Assembly (NCBI GenBank): GCA_902580215.1
Contig: CACHJT010000005.1
Location: 36,428 to 100,427, forward strand
From: an uncultured Candidatus Actinomarina sp.
GTDB lineage: Bacteria > Actinomycetota > Acidimicrobiia > Actinomarinales > Actinomarinaceae
Length of the DNA: 64,000 nt
Reading direction: 5' to 3'
Within the stretch, counting starts at the first letter, position 1, and every line of letters starts with the position of its first letter. A model generated the notes under the pieces. It did no database searches. It was given only the letters and a program-made list of their open reading frames with translations, and had not been told where the DNA came from. Position numbers and translations under genes: made by a program. Below, one piece after another: positions 45,161 to 57,319 of this stretch.

Positions 45161-46199
45161 TTTTTACTCCTAGATAGCCTGAAAGTAATTCATATGATTC
45201 TAATAGCTGTTTTTTACTAACATGTTCATTCGTTGCATGTGCTAAAAGTGGATCACCTGGTCCAAAATTTACACAAGGAATTTTGTGTTCAAAAAATCTT
45301 GCGATATCAGTCCATGCTTGCTTTGGCTGAACAACTGCTTCTGTCTTTTTTATAAAATCGCTAATTTTCTCTTCTGATTTATTTGGCATCGCTCCGTCTG
45401 AAGTGTTTAATATTTCTACTTCAACATAATCAGAAAATAGGTTGTTAATGTAACTACCTGCTTCAGATCCATTTAGTTCGGGTGAGTACCTGAAGTTTAA
45501 ATTTAACTTTAATGTTTCTGGAATAACGTTATTAGCAATGCCAGAGGAAATTTTAGTAATTGACATCACTTGTTTAAAATTTAAACCGTCTATTTCAAGT
45601 TCGTTAATTTCATTCTCTTCAACTAACTTAATTACATCTTTAACTTTGTAAATTGGATTGTCTCCAACCCAAGGCCTTGCTGAATGTGCAGCTTTGCCAC
45701 TTATTGTTAAAGTAGCATTTAAAGCACCCAAGCAACCTAATTGAATTTCATTATCAGTTGGTTCCAAAATTATTGCAAAGTCAATATCAAAATCACTTAA
45801 AAGCTCTGGCATAATGATATTTAATCCATTGTCTTCGTATGAACTTTCCTCTGCTGTATAAAAGACACCAACTATTTGGGAAGAATTTTCGATTAAAGAA
45901 TGTAACATGACTGCAATTCCACCTTTCATATCAACAGATCCTCTTCCGCCAATTAAATCATCATTATCAAATTCATATTGTTGATTAGGAACAACAGGAA
46001 CGGTATCAACGTGACCAACAAGAGCAATTTTTTTGCTTGATTCGCTAGGGACAGCTATTATTCCACCCTTATTTCTTCTAATTTCACCTTGAAAATTATT
46101 ACCTTCTAAAAATGTTTCAATAAAATCAAGAATATTTTCTTCTTTGCCAGTTTCAGATTCAATAGAAATGAGCTTTAAAAAAGTATCAACTAAGTTCAA
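45153..46199 (-). CDS. dapE: M20-family succinyl-diaminopimelate desuccinylase
   Basis: 348 aa. GHVDTVP, GRGSVDMKGG. Overlaps dapD by 4 nt. Confidence 0.75.
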   Translation of the reverse strand: MNLVDTFLKLISIESETGKEENILDFIETFLEGNNFQGEIRRNKGGIIAVPSESSKKIALVGHVDTVPVVPNQQYEFDNDDLIGGRGSVDMKGGIAVMLHSLIENSSQIVGVFYTAEESSYEDNGLNIIMPELLSDFDIDFAIILEPTDNEIQLGCLGALNATLTISGKAAHSARPWVGDNPIYKVKDVIKLVEENEINELEIDGLNFKQVMSITKISSGIANNVIPETLKLNLNFRYSPELNGSEAGSYINNLFSDYVEVEILNTSDGAMPNKSEEKISDFIKKTEAVVQPKQAWTDIARFFEHKIPCVNFGPGDPLLAHATNEHVSKKQLLESYELLSGYLGVKSE

Positions 46200-47008
46200 A
46201 CTTCAACTCCAAAAGTTCTCAATGCATCAGTAAGTGAAGTTTTTTCATCAGTAGATTCTTTTCTTTTTCCAATTACTAAAGCACAAGGAGTATTAAAAAC
46301 ACCGCTTGGAAATTCTTTTGGTCTTGTTCCTGGAATGACAACAGAATTTTCATCGACTACACCCTTAACTTCAACTGGCTCTTTACCTGTAACATCAATA
46401 ATTGGTGTAGAGGCGGTAAGAGTAACATTTGCACCTATTACTGCTCCTTTTTTTATTCTGACGCCTTCAACAATAATTGATCGTGAACCAATAAATGCCC
46501 CATCTTCAACAACCACCGGCATAGCTCCGGCAGGTTCCAGTACCCCACCAATACCAACTCCACCTGAGAGATGAACATTTTTTCCTATTTGAGCACAAGA
46601 CCCTACTGTCGCCCAAGTATCAACCATAGTTCCTGAACCTACGTATGCTCCAATATTGACAAAGCCAGGCATAACAACAACCCCTGGTTCACAAAAAGCT
46701 CCATACCTTACGACTCCAGGAGGGACGACTCTAATACCTAGTTCTTTGTAATTCTTTTTAGGCTCTAACTTGTCATAATAAATTAGGTCATTTGCACTAA
46801 TTTCTTTTAAATTTCTTATAGAAAAAAATAATAAAATGGCATCCCTTACCCATTCATTAAGTGACCACTCATTATCTTTATTATTAACTACTCTAATATT
46901 TCCTTTGTCGAGTTCTTGAATTGTAAACTCTATAACTGACAAATCGTTTTCAGACAGGTTATTAGGATCAATATTGTTTATCTGCTCTTCTAAATTTTCT
47001 ATTTTCAC
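46196..47008 (-). CDS. dapD: Tetrahydrodipicolinate N-succinyltransferase
   Basis: 270 aa. Left-handed beta-helix hexapeptide repeats (GAYVGSGTMVDTWATVGSCAQIGKNVHLSGGVGIGG). Confidence 0.85.
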   Translation of the reverse strand: MKIENLEEQINNIDPNNLSENDLSVIEFTIQELDKGNIRVVNNKDNEWSLNEWVRDAILLFFSIRNLKEISANDLIYYDKLEPKKNYKELGIRVVPPGVVRYGAFCEPGVVVMPGFVNIGAYVGSGTMVDTWATVGSCAQIGKNVHLSGGVGIGGVLEPAGAMPVVVEDGAFIGSRSIIVEGVRIKKGAVIGANVTLTASTPIIDVTGKEPVEVKGVVDENSVVIPGTRPKEFPSGVFNTPCALVIGKRKESTDEKTSLTDALRTFGVEV

Positions 47009-47046
47009 TTTGGTCTCTTTTTATTTCTTAGATATTATTTTAATGT

Positions 47047-50575
<3,529 letters not shown>

Positions 50576-50579
<4 letters not shown>

Positions 50580-51721
50580 GACAGTTCCTTTATAGTCTTT
50601 TCGACAATTTCAGCACACTTTTCACCATCACCCTTTTGTGTATTCCAACCAAAGCTGAATCTAAGATGATTATTAATAACTTGTTCATCAACTTTCATAG
50701 CTTCTAGTACGTGAGATGGTTTCTGTGCACCACTCGCACATGCTGAGCCCCTTGAAACTCCCATTCCGTTTAAATCTAAAGCCACCATTAATGTTTCTGA
50801 ATTTATATCTTTGAATTGTATATTAGATATATGACACAATCTCTCTACATTTTCTCCAACTACTCTTAATTCAATATTCTCTTTAAGGTTATTTTCAAAT
50901 ATTGTTTTTTCATTTTCAATTAATTCGACATCTTTTTCTAAATTGTTTTGTTGTTCTTTAAGAGCTGCAGCTAATCCAGCAACACCAGAAACGTTTACTG
51001 TACCTGCTCTTCTTTCGAGTTCTTGTTTTCCACCATGTAAGAAGCTAGGAATTTTATATCCAGTCTTTAAAAACATAACACCAATACCTTTGGGTCCGCC
51101 AATTTTGTGACCTGAAATAGCAGCACTTTCAATTCCAAGATTATGAAAGTTTAATTTTTTGGTAGCAACAGCTTGTACTACATCTGAATGAAATAATGCA
51201 TTTGGATTGATGTCCTTTACTATTTTTGACATCTCTTCAATGGGTTGGATAACTCCTGTTTCATTATTTGCATACATTACTGAAGCAATTAGTGTATTTG
51301 AATTGATTGAATTCCTAAATTCATCAATGTTTGTTATACCTTCACTGTCGCATGAAATAAAGTTTACATTATAACCATTGTTCTGTACGTTTTCTGCAGA
51401 AGCTAGAACAGCTTCATGTTCGATCTGTGTCGTTGTAAGCTCAGCCGTAGTCTCTTTGTCTATAAAAGGTGTTTTAATAATCCAATTATCTGCTTCAGTC
51501 CCTCCACTAGTAAATGTTATTTCATTAGGTGCTGCACCAAAACAACTAGCTATATATTCTCTTGATTCTTCGAGTATGTTTTTAGCTTTTCGCGACAATG
51601 CATGACCACCAGAAGAGTTTGCAAAAGCATCCATTTCTGTTTTTCTGTATGCTTCAAAAGCCACATCACGCATTGGAGTTGTTGCTGCGTGATCTAAATA
51701 TATATAATCATTTTTATTCAT
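50576..51721 (-). CDS. Cysteine desulfurase (NifS/IscS class V aminotransferase)
   Basis: 381 aa. SGHKIGGPKGIG (PLP Lys), SRGSACASG (active Cys). ATGA overlap with mnmA. Confidence 0.9.
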
Positions 51722-51763
51722 ATATATTTATTTTACTTATGAACTAATATTGTTTAACAAGCA

Positions 51764-52204
51764 ATGAGTAAAAGAATTAAAGTTTCAACAATCATTCACA
51801 AACCTATTGAAGTGGTTTGGGATGAAGTTAAAATTATGAAAAATCACGTCAATTGGATGCAAGACGCAGCCAAAATTGACTTTCTCTCTGAAAACGAAGC
51901 TGGAATAGACACAAAAATGAAAGTTTTGACAAAAGTAGGTCCTTTTTCCTTAAATGACATCATTACCGTAACTTCGTGGGAAGAAATGAAAAGTATAGGA
52001 GTGGTACATGAAGGAATTGTTACCGGTAAAGGTGCATTCTATTTAAGTAAAAATAACGAGGACTCAACAAAATTTGAATGGATTGAAGATTTAAAGGCTC
52101 CTTACTACCTAGGTGGAACGATTGCAGAGTTTTTTGGAGGGTTTGTATTGAAATCAATATGGAAAAAAAATTTGATGAATTTAAAGAATATTTTAGAAAA
52201 ATGA
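51764..52204 (+). CDS. SRPBCC (START/polyketide cyclase-like) domain protein
   Basis: 146 aa. Size and pattern (VWDEV ... W ... beta-grip) fit the family; weak call. Confidence 0.6.
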   Translation: MSKRIKVSTIIHKPIEVVWDEVKIMKNHVNWMQDAAKIDFLSENEAGIDTKMKVLTKVGPFSLNDIITVTSWEEMKSIGVVHEGIVTGKGAFYLSKNNEDSTKFEWIEDLKAPYYLGGTIAEFFGGFVLKSIWKKNLMNLKNILEK

Positions 52205-52815
52205 AAAAAGTATTTTTTCTTATATTAGTTTTGTTTTTTGCAAACTGTTCTAGTGAGTCAGATAGTGAAACATCTAACAAGTCAAAAGACGTGGAAATTA
52301 GTGTAGTAAGTGGTCTTGGTAAAAGTTCCACTGAATATGTGGCTAACTGGAATAAACTTGTATCAGATATTTCAAACGATGAAGAGACACTATTGTTTTT
52401 CTCAATCAATCCTGACAAAGTGAGGTGGACTACCACTGAACAAAATACGTTATTTTATCAATTTGGAGAAAACGAAAATACAAACTCGTCTTTTGTCATC
52501 AATATAGCAATAAGGAATGAGATTGTTGACAGCGTAGAATTCTTTTCGCCAGCTTCGGTAGATGAAGTTTCTTCCCAGCGTACTAAATTATTTTTCTTGA
52601 TATTAATTGCAATGGCTGACGAAACCCTTGATAAAGATGGTAGAGAATCTGTACTGAGTAAAATCGGTCTATATGATGAAGTGAGCACACCTGAGCAAAT
52701 AGGTGGAAGTGTTAAATTAAATAACATTCAATATGTAGTTGAACCTCTAATTGACAAAGGATTGTTGATAGGAATTAATTTCTACACTACTCGAATTGTA
52801 AATCAGAGTAATTAG
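52201..52815 (+). CDS. Hypothetical lipoprotein
   Basis: Start re-set to ATG 52201 (MKKVFFLILVLFFANCSSES, lipobox FANC). ATGA overlap with the upstream stop. Confidence 0.6.
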   Translation: MKKVFFLILVLFFANCSSESDSETSNKSKDVEISVVSGLGKSSTEYVANWNKLVSDISNDEETLLFFSINPDKVRWTTTEQNTLFYQFGENENTNSSFVINIAIRNEIVDSVEFFSPASVDEVSSQRTKLFFLILIAMADETLDKDGRESVLSKIGLYDEVSTPEQIGGSVKLNNIQYVVEPLIDKGLLIGINFYTTRIVNQSN

Positions 52816-53084
52816 GAAGCTATAACTTCTATAACTCCAGGCACTTTATCTTTTAAAATTCTTTCTATACCACTTTTTAAAGTAGCGATAGACATAGGAC
52901 AACCTTGACAAGCTCCAAGCATTTCAATATTAACAACACCATTTTCAACAGATGCTAACTTAATATCTCCCCCATCTGCCTGAACAGCAGGACGAATGTA
53001 TTCAATCGTATCATTTAACACTTCCATATCAACTTCAGCATTTGGATCACGATCTTTAACTTCTGGAAAATTTATATTTGCCAT
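52812..53084 (-). CDS. NifU-like (Nfu C-domain) Fe-S cluster protein
   Basis: 90 aa. DGGDIKL ... GACQGCPMS. Confidence 0.8.
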   Translation of the reverse strand: MANINFPEVKDRDPNAEVDMEVLNDTIEYIRPAVQADGGDIKLASVENGVVNIEMLGACQGCPMSIATLKSGIERILKDKVPGVIEVIAS

Positions 53085-53087
53085 GAT

Positions 53088-54344
53088 TTAATTATATTGT
53101 ATTTCACTACCAACTGAACTCAGTAAATCAACAATATTTTCATAGCCTCTCTCGATATGTTCAACTCCTGTAATTGTAGACTCGCCATCAGCTTGCAAAG
53201 CAGCGATTATTAAACTTGCTCCAGTTCTTATATCAGTTGAGTGGACAGGTGCACCTGATAAATTTTTTACACCTTTTATCATTGCATGTTGCCAACCAGA
53301 TTGAATATCTGCACCCATTCGTTGTACCTCAGGTATCCATTGAAACCTTTGATCGTATACGTTTTCAGTAATGATTGATGTGCCATCAGCTCTCAACAAA
53401 CATGCTCCAAAGATAGGTTGTAAGTCTGTTGCGACACCAGGAAATGGAAGGGTGGAAATCTCAATTGAAGAAATTCCTTTCACACTATTTATTTCTATAG
53501 AGCCTTCATTAATAACTAAATCTGCACCCATTTCTTTAAATTTCTTCAACTCCATAGGGAGACAATTTGGATCAATGCCTTCAATTACTCCAGACCCTTG
53601 GGTAGCTAGAAATGCTGCCAAGTAAGTTCCTGCAACAACTCTGTCTCCAATAACTTTGTGATTAGAACTTTTAAGAGAATTTACTCCTTGAATTGTTACC
53701 TCACTTGTTCCTTCACCTTCGATTTGAGCACCCATATTTTTAAGCATCTTTACTAAATCAACAACTTCTGGTTCTCTTGCAGCATTTTCAATAATTGTTG
53801 TTCCGTCAGCTAATACTGCTGCCAATATTGTGTTCTCTGTTGCTCCAACTGATGCGTAGGGAAGATTAATTTCAACACCTTTTAGTCCGTCGGCTTTTCC
53901 AATAAGCACACCGTGATCCAATTCAAACTTAGCACCCATTTTTTCTAGTGCCTCAATATGCATTTTGACAGGCCTTGGACCAAGCTGATCACCACCAGGG
54001 AAAGCAATTTTTGCTTCACCTTTTCTTGCTAACAAAGGACCTAAAACGATAATTGAGGCTCTCATCTTTTGAACAACTTCATATGGGGCTTCCACTGAAA
54101 TATCTGATGGAGAATTAATCTCTAATGTTTTATCATTAAGTTTTGATGTTATTCCAAGAACATCCAAAACTTCTTGCATGTAATAAACATCTGCAATATT
54201 TGGGACATTTTCTATTTTATACACACCTTCTGAAAGTATGGGAAGGATCATTTGCTTTAAAACAGCATTTTTTGCACCAGAAACTTCAATGGTTCCTGTT
54301 AATTTTTTACCACCAATTATTTGAATACTTTTTTCCACTAACAT
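53088..54344 (-). CDS. murA: UDP-N-acetylglucosamine 1-carboxyvinyltransferase
   Basis: 418 aa. GAKNAVLK; PGGDQLGPRPV (Asp replaces the Cys of the MurA active-site loop, as in actinobacterial MurA). Confidence 0.95.
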   Translation of the reverse strand: MLVEKSIQIIGGKKLTGTIEVSGAKNAVLKQMILPILSEGVYKIENVPNIADVYYMQEVLDVLGITSKLNDKTLEINSPSDISVEAPYEVVQKMRASIIVLGPLLARKGEAKIAFPGGDQLGPRPVKMHIEALEKMGAKFELDHGVLIGKADGLKGVEINLPYASVGATENTILAAVLADGTTIIENAAREPEVVDLVKMLKNMGAQIEGEGTSEVTIQGVNSLKSSNHKVIGDRVVAGTYLAAFLATQGSGVIEGIDPNCLPMELKKFKEMGADLVINEGSIEINSVKGISSIEISTLPFPGVATDLQPIFGACLLRADGTSIITENVYDQRFQWIPEVQRMGADIQSGWQHAMIKGVKNLSGAPVHSTDIRTGASLIIAALQADGESTITGVEHIERGYENIVDLLSSVGSEIQYN

Positions 54345-54378
54345 TGATACTACTTAAAAAATAGACGTAACAAAAGAA

Positions 54379-55032
54379 ATGATGTACTCATTAGACATAC
54401 TTAAGGGAAACAGTCATATTGATTGTTCAAATACACTTCTGGATTTAATAAGCTCTGAAATTAATGATTCTGAAAACTATAGTCTTGGATTATCAGGTGG
54501 AAGCACGCCTAAGTTTTTTTATGAATTATTTGCTGAAAAATATAAAGATTATTCAAATATTTATCTATGGACTGTTGATGAGAGACATGTAGATATAAAT
54601 GATGAAAAATCTAATCAAAGAATGATCAATTCAATTTTCAGCAATTCAAATCTAAATATTATTGAATACTCTTACGAGGAAGATCCAGGCCATTCTGCAA
54701 AAGACTACACCACTAAAGTTTTTAGCAAAATTGATAAATTTAATGCAGTCATATTAGGGGTTGGAGAAGATGGTCATATTGCGTCACTATTTCCAGATAC
54801 AACTGCTTTAAATGCTGATGAGAAAGGCTTTGTTCAGAATGAAGTAAATATTCTCACCAAATGGAGAGTTACTTCTACTTTTGAGCTATTAAAAAATGTC
54901 GAACACGTATATTTACTTGTAACAGGTGATAATAAAAAAGAGATTATTGAAAAAATAGGTAAAGAAAATGATTTACCTGTAAATGAATTAATTCGTTTAA
55001 GAAAAAAAACAGTTTTATTGACTGACCAATAA
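54379..55032 (+). CDS. pgl: 6-phosphogluconolactonase
   Basis: 217 aa. GLSGGSTP, WTVDER, GVGEDGHIASLFP. Confidence 0.85.
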   Translation: MMYSLDILKGNSHIDCSNTLLDLISSEINDSENYSLGLSGGSTPKFFYELFAEKYKDYSNIYLWTVDERHVDINDEKSNQRMINSIFSNSNLNIIEYSYEEDPGHSAKDYTTKVFSKIDKFNAVILGVGEDGHIASLFPDTTALNADEKGFVQNEVNILTKWRVTSTFELLKNVEHVYLLVTGDNKKEIIEKIGKENDLPVNELIRLRKKTVLLTDQ

Positions 55033-55045
55033 AATTTATTATTTA

Positions 55046-55126
55046 TATAATATTTGTAGAGTCATCTTTGTGTCAGTTTGAACCACTACACTAATCCTTC
55101 TACCCTGTTGGATGGTGACTCTATTG
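55046..55126 (+). promoter_or_regulatory. Candidate promoter (-10 TATAAT at 55046..55051) plus ~70-nt structured 5' leader upstream of the DMT transporter
   Basis: P1: TAGAGTCA (55057..55064) pairs perfectly with TGACTCTA (55116..55123). Inner hairpins GTGT-C-AGT/ACT-ACAC (55070..55091) and ATCC/GGAT (55094..55113). No match to any riboswitch class I know. Confidence 0.25.
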
Positions 55127-55127
55127 T

Positions 55128-55994
55128 TTGAAAAAATATATGAAAATTAAAAATTACCTACAAATGCTTCTGACATCTTCTTTGTGGGGTTCTTCTTTTC
55201 TAATGATAAAATATGCTTTAGAAGAATTAGACGCTTTTAATATTGCTTTCTACAGAATTCTTATAGGTATGATTTTCATTAACTTAATTGACTTCAAAAA
55301 AACTTCATTTTCATTACGCCAGCATTTTGAGTTAAGTATGGTTGGGTTACTTTGGATGTCATTTCCTTTTTACCTATTTGCTAAAGCAGAACAAACTATT
55401 ACATCTAGCCTTGCTGGGTTAATTAATGGGTCGACCCCTATTTTTATAAGCCTTGTTGCTGTTTTAGTTTTTAAAAATAAGATCTCAAAAAAACAGATCT
55501 TATATTTAATAACTGGATTTGTTGGAATTTATTTTGTTTCATTTGGTTTTAGTAATGCATTTAGTGAATTAAATCTTGGTGCGTTGTTGGCATTATTAGC
55601 TTCTGTAAGTTATGGTTTTGCAGCAAATATAGTTCAGCCACTCATTAAAGAACACGGATCATTGAAAACATTAAAAATAGCTTTGAGATATGCAACTATA
55701 ATTTCACTTGTTTTGTTAGTTATTAACAGTGGTCCCTCTCTTCCAACTTATAATATTTCTTTATTTCCAATGCTTTTACTGGGAGTGGGAAGTAGCGGAA
55801 TCGCTTTTTTATCTTTTTATAATTTAATTGATGATGTTGGAGCAGTAGCGGGATCCATAACTGTTTATATTATTCCAATATTTTCAACAATTTTTGGATT
55901 TACTTTTCTTAATGAAACAACTGAAGTAATTCAATTAGTTGGGATATTTATTGTAATATTTTCAGCATTTCAATTTTCAAGAATTAAAAATTAA
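55128..55994 (+). CDS. DMT/EamA-family transporter
   Basis: 288 aa, 10 TM, two EamA-like halves. Start uncertain (TTG 55128 or ATG 55140). Confidence 0.8.
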   Translation: MKKYMKIKNYLQMLLTSSLWGSSFLMIKYALEELDAFNIAFYRILIGMIFINLIDFKKTSFSLRQHFELSMVGLLWMSFPFYLFAKAEQTITSSLAGLINGSTPIFISLVAVLVFKNKISKKQILYLITGFVGIYFVSFGFSNAFSELNLGALLALLASVSYGFAANIVQPLIKEHGSLKTLKIALRYATIISLVLLVINSGPSLPTYNISLFPMLLLGVGSSGIAFLSFYNLIDDVGAVAGSITVYIIPIFSTIFGFTFLNETTEVIQLVGIFIVIFSAFQFSRIKN

Positions 55995-56392
55995 TTTTTT
56001 GGGGTTACAAACAGCCCTTCAGATACTGCTGCTATTTCACCATTGTCTAAAAATAATTCAGCTTTATAGATCGAACCCTTTTCGCTAACTGAATCTCTCC
56101 ATGCTTTGGCTGTGACTTTCTTATAATCTCCAGTGACCGGTCTTATGTATTTTGCAGTAAAAGTTTTAGTAACAACCATTTCGCCGAGTAAATAACTTAA
56201 AGGACCCATTGTACAATCCATATAAGCATCAAGAATCCCGCCTAATGTAACATCCATTGGATTAAAAAATTTCGATAGAACAGGAAAATCACAAGTAAGT
56301 GATTCTTCTTGCTCATTAAACTCTACGAAGTTTCCTTCTAGTTCAATATATATATTTGGAATTGGTAGATTGCCCCATGTTTCATCACTCAT
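55991..56392 (-). CDS. PaaI/hotdog-fold thioesterase
   Basis: 133 aa. Size and pattern (GGILDAYMDCTMG) fit PaaI-type thioesterases. Confidence 0.7.
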   Translation of the reverse strand: MSDETWGNLPIPNIYIELEGNFVEFNEQEESLTCDFPVLSKFFNPMDVTLGGILDAYMDCTMGPLSYLLGEMVVTKTFTAKYIRPVTGDYKKVTAKAWRDSVSEKGSIYKAELFLDNGEIAAVSEGLFVTPKN

Positions 56393-56414
56393 AAGTAAAG
56401 TATTCTAGTTTAAA

Positions 56415-56444
56415 TTGGCTACTTTGAATAATCAAAGTAGCCAA
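56415..56444 (-). terminator. Stem-loop downstream of the short ALDH-like gene
   Basis: TTGGCTACTTTGA-ATAA-TCAAAGTAGCCAA, a perfect 13-bp stem with a 4-nt loop. On the minus strand it is followed by only TTTAAA, a short U-tract. Confidence 0.45.
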
Positions 56445-56491
56445 TACAGGGTATGAGTTATATAACTAATTTAGAATTCAAGTGTGACAGA

Positions 56492-57319
56492 TTATGTACC
56501 TTTAGGGTGCCATACAGTTTTTGTCTCGAGATAAGGCAATATGGATGATAACCCAGAAATAGAAGGTAGAGAAACTACTCTTTTTACCGAACTGGATGCA
56601 TTTTCCTGGATTCTCTTTAATCCATTATTTTCAATTTCTCTATGTAATGCAACAAGGTTTATTTCAACATGTTTACTTACATCATCAAGAATGTTTTCAA
56701 AGTTTCCTGTGAGTATGTTAAGTGAACCCGGTGGAAAGTCAGAATTATTAATATCCTCTGCAAATTTTAGAGCTAAGACACTACTTTCCTCGGAGTATGA
56801 GATAACTGAGCAACCAACAGTTAAAGGAGGAAGTAAGCTCAATAAAAGATCATTTAATGAAACTGTTGAGCTGCTGAGTGAGAATACTACTCCTATAGGG
56901 TTTTGATGAGAAATGTTGAAATACTCTTCAGAAACTGGATTCAAATTACCAGCTAGCTGTTCCCATTTATCTGCTAACCCAGCAAACCAAATAATATTTT
57001 CTATTGCTAGCTCTATATCTTTATTAGCTTTTTGTTTTGAAATTCCATGAGAAACTAATAATTCAATATAACTTTCTTTATTTCCCTCTATCATCTCCGA
57101 GAGTCTGTAAAGAATTTGCATTCTTGTGTATGGTGTTAGCCCATTCCATTTATTAAATCCAGATTTTGATGATGTGACGGTATCTCGAACATCTTTTCTT
57201 GATGTTAGTGGAAGTTCATAGAATTCATTCTTTAACTCTTTTGTATAAGTTTTGCCAGATTCTGAACGAACATATTTACCATCGACATAATTTTTATACG
57301 TTTTTTTAATATCAATCAT
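56492..57319 (-). CDS. Aldehyde-dehydrogenase-like protein lacking the catalytic domain (275 aa)
   Basis: The N-terminal ~245 aa follow the ALDH NAD-binding domain pattern (YVDGKYV ... W ... PPGSLNILTG). The sequence then jumps to an ALDH-type C-terminal tail (LPYLETKTVW). No ELGGK / catalytic Cys region. ATGA overlap with the full-length ALDH upstream. Confidence 0.6.
   Translation of the reverse strand: MIDIKKTYKNYVDGKYVRSESGKTYTKELKNEFYELPLTSRKDVRDTVTSSKSGFNKWNGLTPYTRMQILYRLSEMIEGNKESYIELLVSHGISKQKANKDIELAIENIIWFAGLADKWEQLAGNLNPVSEEYFNISHQNPIGVVFSLSSSTVSLNDLLLSLLPPLTVGCSVISYSEESSVLALKFAEDINNSDFPPGSLNILTGNFENILDDVSKHVEINLVALHREIENNGLKRIQENASSSVKRVVSLPSISGLSSILPYLETKTVWHPKGT

Noticed and set aside
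52020-52436. 138-aa minus-strand ORF
   Set aside because: It is antisense to the SRPBCC and lipoprotein genes, which have an ATGA junction and a clear lipobox. The composition is typical of AT-rich shadow frames. The same reasoning was applied to the other antisense or overlapping ORFs in the track (e.g. 1159..1467, 2575..2871, 5959..6228, 10451..10831, 16350..16709, 37091..37363, 40667..40990, 48018..48326, 56541..56906, 61649..61873).
55057-55123. Purine or fluoride riboswitch upstream of the EamA gene
   Set aside because: A UUCUACC string and a CUAAU..CUAC string resemble pieces of those motifs. However, the P3 helix/loop of purine riboswitches and the 5' GGCGAUGG pseudoknot half of crcB RNAs are absent. 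It is kept only as an unclassified structured-leader candidate.
56393-56491. Frameshifted remainder of the short ALDH-like gene (classical pseudogene)
   Set aside because: The spacer is only 99 nt, has no ALDH-like coding potential in any frame, and is occupied by a 13-bp hairpin. The deletion is internal and in frame, so the ORF is reported as a CDS with a finding instead.
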